A DNA stretch of 64,000 nt from Octopus sinensis (taxonomy: Eukaryota). The notes beneath the pieces were generated by a model. That model was not told the DNA's origin. It saw only the letters and a program-made list of their open reading frames with translations, and made no database searches. The stretch is from NCBI RefSeq assembly GCF_006345805.1, contig NC_043005.1, forward strand, positions 12,524,001 to 12,588,000, in the 5' to 3' direction. How positions within the stretch are numbered: position 1 is the stretch's first letter; the number at the start of each line of letters is the position of its first letter. Below are positions 1 through 12,980 of the stretch, piece by piece. Made by a program: the position numbers and the translations under genes.

Positions 1-42
1 TTGAGATAGACGGACGGACAGACAGACAGATAGGTAGCTAGC

Positions 43-118
<76 letters not shown>

Positions 119-131
119 AGATAGATAGATT

Positions 132-169
<38 letters not shown>

Positions 170-205
170 TAGATAGAAGACAGATAGATAGATAGATAGA
201 TAGAT
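1..205. repeat. Compound (GATA)n/(GACA)n/(GCTA)n microsatellite
   Basis: Read directly from the sequence. Confidence 0.98.
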
Positions 206-559
206 ATGTTTCTTTATTAGCCACACAGGGCTGCACACAGATAGAACAAATTACAAGGTAGAGCTTTTCTGTTGAAGGTATTAAAAAAAAAAAAAAAAAA
301 GGAAGGGGGAGGTTCGATCAAAAGGGATCGTAAAAGGAGAGAAAGAGGACAAAAATAAGGGGGGGTGTTAAAAAAATAAAAAAAAAAAAAAAAAAAAGGG
401 GGGGGAGAGGAAAAAAAATGATCAATAGGGATCGTTATCACAGAAATGTCAATATGAAGTGTAAAGGGGAGGACAGGTGAGGTTACCCGTGGAAAGAAAA
501 AGCCTGCGGAAAGACCACGGTAACTCGGTCAATGAAGTCACATTTTATATTTCTTTTTT

Positions 560-3290
560 TTTTTCGCGGTGCCATTCGCCCTTCCTCGGCCTCTTTTTGA
601 TCCACGACTGTAGTTCGGTCATGGAGACGAGCTGCGGAAAGCGTGCCTCACAAACGGCCACACCTGTTCACCGTCGTCTCTACATAGAGCCAGAGATGTC
701 GCAGTCTCAGCGCGTGTCTGCGCATCATCAACCACGGCATGCCCAGCCCTCCTTTTAACGGGTGTTGACAGCAAATGGATCGCCTGACCATCGGGACGCA
801 TCCTTTCCACAAGAAGCGAAAGAGGATGCGTTGTAGTTTGGTGATGGTAGGGTCGGGACAAGGTACGACGGTCAGGCGGTAGTAGTAGATGACGGACGCG
901 ATGTATGTGTTCGCCACCTCCGTTCGACCTTTTAGGGACAGTTTCCTCTCGGCCCATTGCCGGGCGAGAGTGACCACCCTACTCGTTATCTCGTTCCAGT
1001 TCTTCTCCACTTGGAGGTCCGGACCAGACCCCGAGCAACTCAACCGGGCCGTCGGTCCAGCGTCCCACGACGGAGGCGCTGGTGGACGGCATGGGCTTGC
1101 TTCTCCAGGTGCCTAGTCGCAAGCCCACTGACTTTTCCCGGTTGATTTTCGCTCCTGTCACCGCTTCGTAGTTTTTCAGTGTCTCGCCGACCAGCTCGAT
1201 GTGCTCGTGGCTAGACACTATGACGGTGACGTCGTCCGCGTATGCAGACACGCTCGTCCCGCATCCCAATTCTCGCGGGATGCCCCTTAGAGTCGCCAGC
1301 TTCCGCAGTAGTGGCTCAAGAGTCAATACGTATAGAAGCGCCGAGAGGGGGCATCCCTGACGGACCGAACGTGCAATGTCGAAAGGTCTCGATAGATGTC
1401 CATTTACGCGAATTACCGAACGGATGCCTCTGTACAAGGCAGCTATCCAGCCGCGGAAGACGGGACCGAAACCAGCCGCTCTCAGGACTGCCTCCAAGTA
1501 TCGATGGTCTACCCTATCAAAGGCTTTTGATTGATCCAAGTTGATCAGGGCCCCCACCATGCCAGGTTCGTTAACTACCCTGTCTATGATGTAGCGCATC
1601 AGATGGGGTTGTCATGGATGGTCCGGCCTGGCACGGCGCATGTTTGCGCCTTGTCGACCAGTTTCTCGATGACAAGCGCCAACCTCTTGGCTAGCACCTT
1701 GGCCAAAATTTTCAAGTCTGCATTAAGCAGAGTGATGGGCCTAAAGTTATCTATTACATTTCCCTTGTTTAGATCTTTCTTCAGCAGTGTTACGGCTCCT
1801 CGGCTCACAAAACCAGGAATGCTCCCGTTTTGCTGCCAGTTGCAGTACACCGCCGCCAAGAGATCTCCAAACAAGTCTGGCATACAATTGTAAAGCTCGT
1901 AGGGTAGACCATCCAAACCCGGTGATTTGTCCCTCGAGCATTCTGCCATCGCTTCCCGCACTTCCGCGCCGTGATGGCACCTTCGCAGCACCCTGCCTTC
2001 TTGTCGAGAGTCGTGGTAGGCTATGTAGGTAGGCACTGAAGTCCACCCTACGTTCTTGCCCTCCACTCGTTCCGAACAGTCGGGCAAAATGCTGCTGAAA
2101 GGCCTCACACATTTTACTTGGCTCGAGCAATTCGCGCCGCCTGTTCATCTACCAGTGACCGAATGGTGGCTTTGTTGCCCTGTTGCGCCTCTGCCACCCG
2201 GGCCTCTCTCGCGGCTCCAACACCTTCGTTCCTTAGAGCACGCATCCTAGCTCTGACAGCACATCCTTCGTGTTTGGCGTTGAAGTGTTGGTCGAGGGCC
2301 GACCTCGCCGCCAAAACGTCGGATGCGATGCCGCTTCTAATTGCCTCTTCTAGCTTCTTAACTAGCTCACCCTCTACTCTATTTCTATCTATGGCTAGTG
2401 CTTTGCTGTACCTAATCGCTTCTGCTTTTACTGCTCTCTTGAGGGCAAACCACCATTTGTTGTTGATGATGGCTCCCGTCAAAGCCCTCTTTACTAGTGT
2501 GCTAATCCGGTCTCTGAAAACTTGTCTCGATGGGAAAGACGCGTTTAGTTTCCAGTATCCGGGACCCTGCCTAAGTGTCTTACCTAAGTCTAGCGTACAT
2601 GTCACAAGTTTGTGATCCGTGTAGCTGACTATGTGGAATTGTGGACATCCTATGCTATCTCTATCTACTGTCCTACACAGTATCCTATCTAGATACGATC
2701 TCGACGACCCGATGCGGTTGCTCCATGTCCACGTTGGCGCATTCGGTGGTCTAGTCGAAACCTGTCAGACAGTTGAAAGCGTCTGAGCAGGTCTCTGAGG
2801 CATTTGCATCCCCGTCTATTCCTATCTCTACCCACGTAGTCTACATGCGTGTCCAAGGTAGCATTCCAATCCCCCACTAAGAGTAAAGGACGAGACGTTC
2901 CCAAGAAAACTTCTAGACGTTGAAAGAAATCCGCCCGACCTGTTAAGGGCGGTGCGTAAACTGATACGAGCCGAAAAGCGCACCCATTGCTGCCGTCGAC
3001 ATCCAGGACGACCAGTCTACCCTCCGGGTCTACGAATATTGTCCTTACATTGAGATCCAGACTCTTGTGAAAAAGTACCGCGGTGCCACTACCGCCCTTC
3101 TCGGCAGACAGGGGGAAAAATAAATGTTGAACTGTCCGCCAAACATGGTCTTTAGGGCCCGCGGATTGTGGAGTCTGGTCTCGCTTATGGCTATGATTTC
3201 TAACTTATGTGACTTTATGTCATTTAAGAGGTACCCTTGTTTCCAAGGGGACCCCAAGCCACGCGCATTTACACAACCAATCTTGATCAT
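560..3290 (-). pseudogene. ORF2: apurinic-like endonuclease plus reverse transcriptase, frameshifted, C-terminus apparently missing
   Basis: Consecutive ORF fragments carry the APE motifs NARGL, AISETRL, VYAP and LVGDWNA; the linker motif GPGYWKLN; and the RT motifs KSPGLDGL, FRPITLLNADLKILAK, LDQSKAFDRVDH, VRQGCPLS, YADD and KGGLG. Fragments join by 1-bp shifts. Confidence 0.93.
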
Positions 3291-3321
3291 AGTTCTAATG
3301 AATTAGAATACAGAGGGTTAC

Positions 3322-5333
3322 TTACTGCTCGAAAGTTTTTGCTTTCTCCTCCGTTGGTTTGTCCTCGAGAAGATCCCAGTACAGTTTCTTTGTGAGATAT
3401 TTTTGGCATTTACCAACCGCACTGGGGAAAATGCCTTTGAGTGTGTGGTGCAGACTTTTGGAGATGTGTATTATTTTGATGTGGTCTGGTGGTGTTGTGT
3501 ATGGGTGGTTGTTGTTTTATGTCATCTTCTGTTATGTTTGTTTTTGATTGGATGTATTCCATCAAATTTGTGTTTTTGGTGTCTATGGCTGTGAGCATGT
3601 TTGCTGTATATGTTTTTGTGGTGTTGGTGTGGCTGTTGTTTGCGTTGGGTTTTGAAATGTCTTCGGGAGATGTATTTCCCCCTGCTTTGTTCGTGTTTGC
3701 ATTTGGTTTGGTTGTTTTCTGCTCTTTATTTTCCTTCTTTTTGTAGCTATTTGCCATTCCTCACTGGTTTCGTCTTCCGACGAAATTTCTGAGGAATCAG
3801 AAGGGGGTAGGGGTATGTTGTGGGCTTCTATGTATGTCTGTGTAAGTGGTTGTGTTGTGTTGTTTTCGTTGTTGTTGGTTGTTGAGTGTTTGTGTGTGTT
3901 GTGCGGCGGTATAAGGGATGGGGGATCAGTTGTGTGTGTGTTTTCTTTGTTTTTCTGTTCCTTTGGGTTTTGCTGTTGATGGTAGTGTTGGTATTTTTCC
4001 AGGTGTCGAGTGGTTTTTGGTTGATGACGGATTAGCTTGGTGTGCTTCTCTTGTCGTCTTCTGTGTTGATGGTGGTGTGGGTAGTAGAGCTTTTTTTCCG
4101 GAGTGCTTTGGTTGTGGTAGTGGTTGTTGTTGTTGCTCTTGGTGTGTGCAGTGGTTGGGCACGTCTTTTTCAAGTGTGTTTCGCTTCCACACAAATAGCA
4201 GCGTGGGTCGCCTGCCCTCTACCACTATATAGAGTTTGTAGCCTCCTGGCAGTTCTATAGCGGTGGGTATCTTCTCTCTTGCTGCTTCATCCAATTGAAG
4301 CAGGAATTCGATTGATTTGCCCACATAGTCTTTCTCTCCTAGAACCGCGATTTCCAGGATGTTTGTCTCTGACATTGTCTCTGACATTTCAAAGCAGATG
4401 GCAGAGACCACCCATTGTGTTTCGACATCAAATGGTATGTTTTTTATTTGGACTTCGTGACCCTTTTGTTTAAATAGACTGGTATCATTACCAAGTCGTC
4501 CGAATGTAGCTCCAATGTGGAAAAACGTTTTGCTAAACTTTCGTTGAGGAAACGTACTTGGACTGTACCAAATTTGTTTCCCCAACTGATTATTCCTTGG
4601 AGTCCCATACAGGACAAAGGCATTTATCGATTTTTTCCTGCGGTGCATTTTCTGTTCTTCTTGTTTTTTTGTTTATTACTTTTAAATTATTGTTTTTTTT
4701 TGCGTGTTTTCCACGATGTGTTGTGGAATATGAAGGTGCAATTTGTCCCTTCTTTGGAGAAGAGTGCCTTTGTGCGGTTTATCTCTTGTGTGGTGAATGT
4801 TACAATTGTTCTTTTTTGTTTTGTTACGTCCGCAAAATTCGTTCTGAATTTGGCAGTAGAAGTGTTAATTGTGGCAGTGTTAATTGAAGTCATGGTAGTG
4901 GTGTTGGTGTTGGCGGTATTAGCAGCAGAAGGCTTGGATGTAGCATTTGACGTCGTAGTAGTGGTGTTGGTGTTGGCGGTGTGTCTTTGGTAGGCGGCTT
5001 TGTGCCAATTTCGTTGTTGTTGTTGTTGGTGGTGATGGTGGTGGTGCTGGCATTCATGTTTTCGTTTGTATTCATTTTTGAAATCCCTTTCTCTGTCCTT
5101 TATCATCAACAAGTGGTGTGGGGAGTGAGGGGGGAAATCTAAGTTAATGTCTTGGTCGCGGCGATGGTGAATGCGACGTTAGATTTGTTGTTGTGTGGTG
5201 GTGGTGTGGTGGTGATGGTGGTGACAGCGGTGTTCACGCTGCGATGTTTAGCAGCTAGTGGTAGCAATAGTGTTTTGGTACCGTTCTGCATGACTGGCGG
5301 GCTAGCCACGTGGTTTCTAGTTGCCATTTTCAA
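3322..5333 (-). pseudogene. ORF1 (gag-like) with CCHC zinc knuckle and long low-complexity regions, frameshifted
   Basis: Starts MKMATRNH. Removing one extra C near 4200 gives EGRRPT-CYLCGSETHLKKTC (CX2CX4HX4C). The end reads LYWDLLEDKPTEEKAKTFEQ-stop just upstream of the ORF2 ATG. Confidence 0.8.
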
Positions 5334-5544
5334 AATGAAAAATGGCTAAAAAACCCACGAAAGTTTTGAAAGTTTTTTTGTAATTCGCCCATACAGGGGC
5401 GGAATTCTACGTGAATAATTCTCAGGTTTTTAGTTAGTGAATGTTGCACAACGATTAAAACAAAATATTTGACAACAAGGAGTTTTAAACATGTAAAAGT
5501 GGCCAACTTACTTGGAGCCGATATGACTAGCGTCCGTCCATTGT

Positions 5545-6252
<708 letters not shown>

Positions 6253-7021
6253 CAGATATATATGAACATAGATAAATTAAACTGAGATGAATGAATATAA
6301 ATGTCTCTGTGTGGCTGGTGGCATATATATGAACAACATAACAGATACTGATTTATCAAATGCAATACAGCATCAGTTCTTGATTTATAACAGTTATTTC
6401 CACCAATAGAAGATGTGTCTAAATTACCAAACTGACCTTTGAACTTTTCTCTTCGCATATGCAGATGGTATTCTTAACCATCTGGTAATTGCAACACACA
6501 ATCTAATCTAATAGTCAAATTTTTATTCTGATTTCTTTATTATCCACTAGGGGCTCAAGTATTTATTCTGTATGGTATTTGATATATCTGCATTTGTCTG
6601 TGATTGTCATACAAATGTCATTAGCTACTCTTTGTTATTTTCTTAATTTATGGAAATTACCTTGCTGATAATTGTTGCGAATTTCCTAGCTAGCTCATTT
6701 ATGTTTTATTTTCGTTTTGACTGCTGCGGAAAAAAAAGGGCAGGAAAAGTGACATGCTGTTGACGGTTATTAAATCGGAAACTCGTACCCACAGCAAGCC
6801 TCTTATCTCCAAACAATATGCGCATCCTTTTCTTTCTTGAGACGACCACGTCTTCTCATATGGAGCTAATCTCAATCGTCATTTTCTGATTGTGAAACGT
6901 CTACCAAGTGTGGAGAAAAGTTAAATAAGCGGAAAATATTTGTTTCTTTGGAATTTGACTTAACTATATTGGTAAATATATGCATATACACACACACATA
7001 CATACATACATATATGCATAT

Positions 7022-7070
<49 letters not shown>

Positions 7071-7157
7071 TATATAACCGTATATATAAAAAAGTTTTAT
7101 TCCCATTCTTTATACATATACATATATATATGTATGTTTGTATATATATATATATAT

Positions 7158-8878
7158 AAATAGGAAAAAAGCAACAAGAATGGATTAAAATCTCGGTACA
7201 ATTGTTTCCTACGAGGACATCTTTAATAAGCTACAAAAAATGCAGTGAATACAGATGGCTCGTACTCGTCAGCCGAAAAAACATCAGAGAATTCCCAAAC
7301 ATCAAAAGTGGTAGATACAAAAGAGGGTGTAAGTTTAACTGCATTGAAGAAAGTTCGATTCCTGGAGATCCGATGAAAGGTCTTAAACTTACAGAATTTG
7401 TGCATGTCTACATATAGCTCATATTGAATTGCTAATCAAGTTGTGTGAAGGAATTTGAAATACTAATGTATAGAAATAATAGAGAAATTTCATTAAACAG
7501 CAGAATTGAATTTGGAAATCTTGTATACACGCTCGAACTAAGACTCTTAAATATTTTAAATGATATTTTAATTGACAACTGTATATTAAAATCACTCTGT
7601 ATAAAATCACTTTGACTTATATATTACTCCTACATAGTATATTATATATTTAACTAGACAGATACGATCTAACTAGCTATGATTATATTCTCTCTCTAAT
7701 TGTACTATTTAATACTAATTGATTTAAATTATTTGATTTATTTCTATTAGACTATATAAATAATTTAAATTTTGCTCTATTTTTATCTCCATTTTTTAGT
7801 CTATTTCATTTTAACCCATATATAAAAATTAGTTAGTTAAATCTCTTAGTTTCTTTTACACTAATAATTAATTCTGCTAATCCCAAACCTATTGTAATGT
7901 ATTATAATATAATATAATATAATATAATATAATATAATATAGTATAGTGTAATATAGTATAGTATAATAATAATATAATTGTTTGGTTTCATTAAAAAAC
8001 AACCCCTTTTTTCTTTCCTTTCTAATGACCTCTCGTTGTAACCTGACAATCTATTAATAGTAACATTTATAAATAAAGAAATAAATTGTTGACCTCAGTT
8101 CGAATTTTGCACTAAACAAGCTTAGATTTTCTTGTAGTATCAACTTGTGTCCATCCCCTTAGCTTCCCGTTCCCTTCTCTTTGATAGCATTAATAGCAGT
8201 AACTGATTAAATTCTACTTCCTTCCTCCTCCCTCTGTGATTCTTGTAAATTTCATTAACAATCTGCCCCTCTACAGAATAAGACTGCCATTTTGCTTCTC
8301 ATTCGGATTCCCTGATATTTTCGCATGATTGTACCCAAAATTTCTTCACATAACTGGATTATGAACTATAAGGACATGCACATATTCTGTAAGTTCAAGA
8401 CTTTTCATCGGATCTCCAAGAATCGAACTTATCTGCGATTCTTGTAAATTTCAATAACAATCTGTTCCTCTACACGATATGACAGTCACTTTGCTTCTTA
8501 CTCAGATTTTCCTGTACACGATATGACAGTCACTTTGCTTCTTACTCGGATTTTCAGAAATTTTGCATGACTGTATCCGAAATTTCTTCACACAACTTGA
8601 TTAGCAATTCAATATGAGCTATATGTAGACATGCACAAATTCCGTAAGTTTAAGACCTTTCATCGGATCTCCAGGAATCGAACTTTCTTCAATGCAGTTA
8701 ATCTTACACCCTCTTTTGTATCTACCACTTTTGATGTTTGGGAATTCTCTGATGTTTTTTCGGCTGACGAGTACGAGCCATCTGTATTCACTGCATTTTT
8801 TGTAGCTTATTAAAGATGTCCTCGTACGAAACAATTGTACCGAGATTTTAATCCATTCTTGTTGCTATTTTCCTATTT
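7158..8878. repeat. Long inverted repeat: arms of about 300 bp (7158-7456 and 8580-8878) around a spacer of about 1.1 kb
   Basis: The ORF track shows almost the same 71-aa peptide on opposite strands (7202..7417+ and 8619..8834-). The arms differ by only a handful of bases. Confidence 0.93.
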
Positions 8879-8994
8879 GTAATCACCCCACTTGTCGTAT
8901 GGTTAACACCATATAGATTTCCGGTGCGTCCTAGTTAAGGACCATATTCATGTGAATTCATTAGAATTCACTTGAATCTCTATTACTTAAACCG

Positions 8995-9078
<84 letters not shown>

Positions 9079-9239
9079 TGTGTGTGTGTGTGTGTGTGTG
9101 TTATATAATGTGTGTATATAACATTCAATTCACGATGTAATATAGCCATCAACAACTTCCCTTCCTCGACATCTTCATTAAGAAATCTAGCAACGTAATA
9201 GAAACAGATATATGCTATAATCTCACGGACTCCAAGCAA

Positions 9240-10090
9240 TATCTACCGTTGAACTCGTGCTGCCCCAGGCACACCAGAATGAATATCCCCTTCAACCTAG
9301 CAAAAAGGATATGAACTTTAGTTTCTAATGCAAGCACCTGGGGCACACGACTACATGAACTAAAGAATACACTCATCACCAGGAACTATCCACCTTCACT
9401 AATTGACATATACATTCAACGTGCCCTACAACTCAGCATCCACGAACTCAGACATCCCAAATTAATTGTTTTACAACAAAAATCCCTACCTTACATCTCC
9501 AGAACAACCCTTTTAACACTGAAGTATTCGACACCAGCCTTCAAAGCATTCCCCTGCTAAAAAAGGACCACAGAATGAACTTAATCCTCCAAACACACAC
9601 CAGCATAAAAAGCAAAAGACAGCCCAAATCTATGAAAAGTCTCCTAACACAAGCCCAAAATGCTCAACAACAACACTGAAGCCAGCAGTAAGAAAATGTG
9701 GAAGATCCAACTGCGGGATATGCCTCAATTTAATTGAGGGATCAGAGTTCTCTTTCAAACAGGGACAACATTTCACAGTGAAAAGCAACTTCACATGTGC
9801 TTCGGAGAACCTAATATACGCACTAACTTGTTCAGAATGTCAGGAGCAAGACATAGGCCAAGTAAAAAACAGTCTACGTCAAATGATGGCTTGGCACAGA
9901 TCCCAGATCAAAATTCCAGAAAACAGAAAAATAGCATTCAGCCAACACATCGACATTTGCGCCAATAACAAACAAAAATCCATGCTTCAGAATTTTCCCC
10001 CTCTACCATTTCAGGGACGATACAACCTGTAGCCAACGAATTAGTAGACTCTCTTTATTACAAAATACAGACCCCTTTTGAACGCATCTA
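9240..10090 (+). mobile_element. Penelope-like element fragment (RT thumb region plus GIY-YIG endonuclease), degenerate
   Basis: YLPLNSCCPRHTRMNIPFNLAKRI ... RLHELK ... RNYPPSLI resembles the PLE RT C-terminus. FTCASENLIYALTCSECQEQDIGQ ... LRQ ... HRSQI is a GIY-YIG domain. The frame ends FITKYRPLLN. Confidence 0.85.
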
Positions 10091-10092
10091 CA

Positions 10093-10700
<608 letters not shown>

Positions 10701-10936
10701 CTGTGTTGGTGTGGCGGGGGGAGTGGTGTTGTGTGTGAGTGAATGTGTGTGTGTGTGTGTGGGTGTGCATTGTTTATGTGTAGAAAAGTTGTTTTCTCTT
10801 GAGTGTTTATGTATGTGTGATTATATATAGATTATATATTTATATATATATTTTCATTGATAAATTTATATTATTTATAGTTTTAGTCATTTTAAATTTA
10901 TATCTTAAAAATATTGATTATTTTTAGATCTGAAAT

Positions 10937-10982
10937 CCACCTGATGAATGTCCTGAGAAGAGACATGAAACAATTGTAGTGG
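10937..10982 (+). ncRNA. Minimal type I hammerhead ribozyme motif (canonical core)
   Basis: ccac-CTGATGA-atgtc[ctgagaaga]gacat-GAAA-c[aatt]g-TA-gtgg: 4-bp stem I, 5-bp stem II, palindromic stem III and a GUA cleavage triplet. Confidence 0.85.
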
Positions 10983-11234
10983 CGAATATAATTTTATTTA
11001 ATTTATATTAAAATTTTTTTATGTATTGGATTAAGTCTTTCTTTGTTTGATTTGCAAAATAGTGGTTTTGTCTCGAATTAATATTATATAATATTTTACT
11101 ATAAAATTGGATTCAATCCTAAATCTGATTTTCCCTGTAAATTTGGATTTATTCCCTAATATTTATTATTATTATTATATATATATATATCAACTTGTGT
11201 GTTCCTTTTCAACTTTCTACATATATATATTGTA

Positions 11235-11387
11235 TAAGTAATACTAAGTAATTAAGGGTTTAGCAACGATTTGCCTCACCACACACCCCGAATTTAGAAA
11301 TAGCAGTCAAAGAGTTATGCTATTTCTAAATTCGTGTGTGTGGTGAGGCAAATCGTTGCTAAACCCTTAATTACTTAGTATTACTTA
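11235..11387. mobile_element. Fold-back hairpin / MITE-like element (70-bp arms, 12-nt loop)
   Basis: 11235-11305 and 11318-11387 are reverse complements with about one mismatch and one indel. Related to the element at 34748-34997. Confidence 0.8.
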
Positions 11388-11589
11388 AACCTTCCTCGAA
11401 TGGGGCTTTTACATGCCGAAATCTACTTGGTGAAATTAATGATTATTCCAAATTAATTAATTTCACCCTATATTATTATATATATTGTATATATATATAT
11501 GTGTGTGTGTGTGTATATGTTATATATATATATGTATATATATAGGTCTTTATTAAAAATGAAACAGCCCGTGATCAAGACAACATATA

Positions 11590-11830
11590 TTTGTTAACAG
11601 AAATTCCATTGCTTTCTAGAACTTCAGTCCATTAGTCAACAAACTTATAAATGCTACGCTTGTAAAATTGTTTAGGTTTTGATAAGAAATATAAATTTCA
11701 CTCATCTTCAACCTCCTCTTTTGATGTCAGCCTAAGATCATTCAAATGGTTCTGTAGTCCCCGAAACAAGTGATAATCAGAAGGAGAAAGATCTGGAAAA
11801 TATGGAGAACGAAGCAATATCTCACCACCA
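11590..11830 (-). pseudogene. mariner transposase C-terminal fragment
   Basis: SPYFPDLSPSDYHLFRGLQNHL matches the mariner YSPDLAPSDYHLF motif. It is followed by FYKRSIYKFVD*WTEVLESNG, like the mariner C-terminus. Confidence 0.85.
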
Positions 11831-11831
11831 T

Positions 11832-12980
11832 AAGGTGGCGAGGTTGCAGAAACGTTTGCACGCCGGACGAAATGCTTAGCGCTATTTCGTCTGCCGTTAC
11901 GTTCTGAGTTCAAATTCCGCCGAGGTTGCCTTTGCCTTTCATCCTTTCGGGGTCGATTAAATAAGTACCAGTTACGCACAGGCGTCGATGTAATCGACTT
12001 AATCCGTTTGTTTGTCCTTGTTTGTCCCCTCTGTTTAGCCCCTTGTGGGTAGTGAAGAAATAGGTATTTCGTCTGCCGTTACGTTCTCAGTTCAAATTCC
12101 GCCGAGGTTTCCTTTGCCTTTCATCCTTTCGGGGTCGATTAAATAAGTACCAGTTACGCACAGGCGTCGATGTAATCGACTTAATCCGTTTGTTTGTCCT
12201 TGTTTGTCCCCTCTGTTTAGCCCCTTGTGGGTAGTGAAGAAATAGGTATTTCGTCTGCCGTTACGTTCTCAGTTCAAATTCCGCCGAGGTTTCCTTTGCC
12301 TTTCATCCTTTCGGGGTCGATTAAATAAGTACCAGTTACGCACTGGGGTCATTGTAATCGACTTAATCCGTTTGTCTGTCCTTGTGTGTCCCCTCTGTTT
12401 AGCCCCTTGTGAGTAGTGAAGAAATAGGTATTTCGTCTGCCGTTATGTTCTGAGTTCAAATTCCGCCGGGATCGTCTTTGCCCTTCACCTTTTCAGGCTC
12501 GATATATTAAGTACCAGTTACGCACTGGGGTCATTGTAATCGACTTAATATCTTGGTCTGTCCTTGTTTGTCCGCTCTGTGTTTAGCCCCTTGTGGGCAG
12601 TAAAGAAATAAGCAACGTTAGCACGCCATACGAAATGCTTAGAGGTATCTCGTCTGTCTTTACGTTCTCAGTTCAAATTCCGCCGAGGTCGACTTTGCCA
12701 TTCATCCTTTCGGGGTCGATTAAATAAGTACCAGTTACGCACTGGGGTCGATAAAATCGACTTAATCCGTCTGTCTGTTCTTGTTTGTCTTCTCTGTGTT
12801 TAGCGCCTTGGGGGTAATAAAGAAATAGGTATTTCGTCTGCCTTTACGTTGTGAGTTCAAATTCCGCCGAGGTCGACTTTGCCTTTCATCCTTTCGGGGT
12901 CGATAAATTAAGAACCAGTTGCGTACTGGGGTCAATGTAATCGACTGGCTCCCTCTCCCAAAGTTTCGGGCCTTGTGACT
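11832..12980 (+). mobile_element. Head-to-tail array of about 6 units of tRNA-derived SINE family A (period about 182 bp)
   Basis: One head with an A box (ttgcagaaacgtt) is followed by repeated units carrying a B box (gagttcaaattcc), the central gcctttcatcctttcggggtcgat domain and the tail ccccttgtgggtagtgaagaaata. Confidence 0.92.

Larger units (their letters stand above)
206..5544 (-). mobile_element. Near-full-length Tx1/L1-clade non-LTR retrotransposon (5' UTR, ORF1, ORF2, 3' UTR) embedded in (GATA)n
   Basis: Two-ORF layout on the minus strand with an APE endonuclease followed by RT. AATAAA (plus-strand TTTATT at 213-218) is followed directly by a (TATC)n tail. GATA arrays lie on both sides (1-205 and 5545-5837). 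Confidence 0.93.

Noticed and set aside
11832-12980. Regular repeat array that might suggest CRISPR
   Set aside because: Units are about 182 bp, homologous along their full length, have no unique spacers, match dispersed SINE copies, and there are no cas genes in this eukaryotic context.
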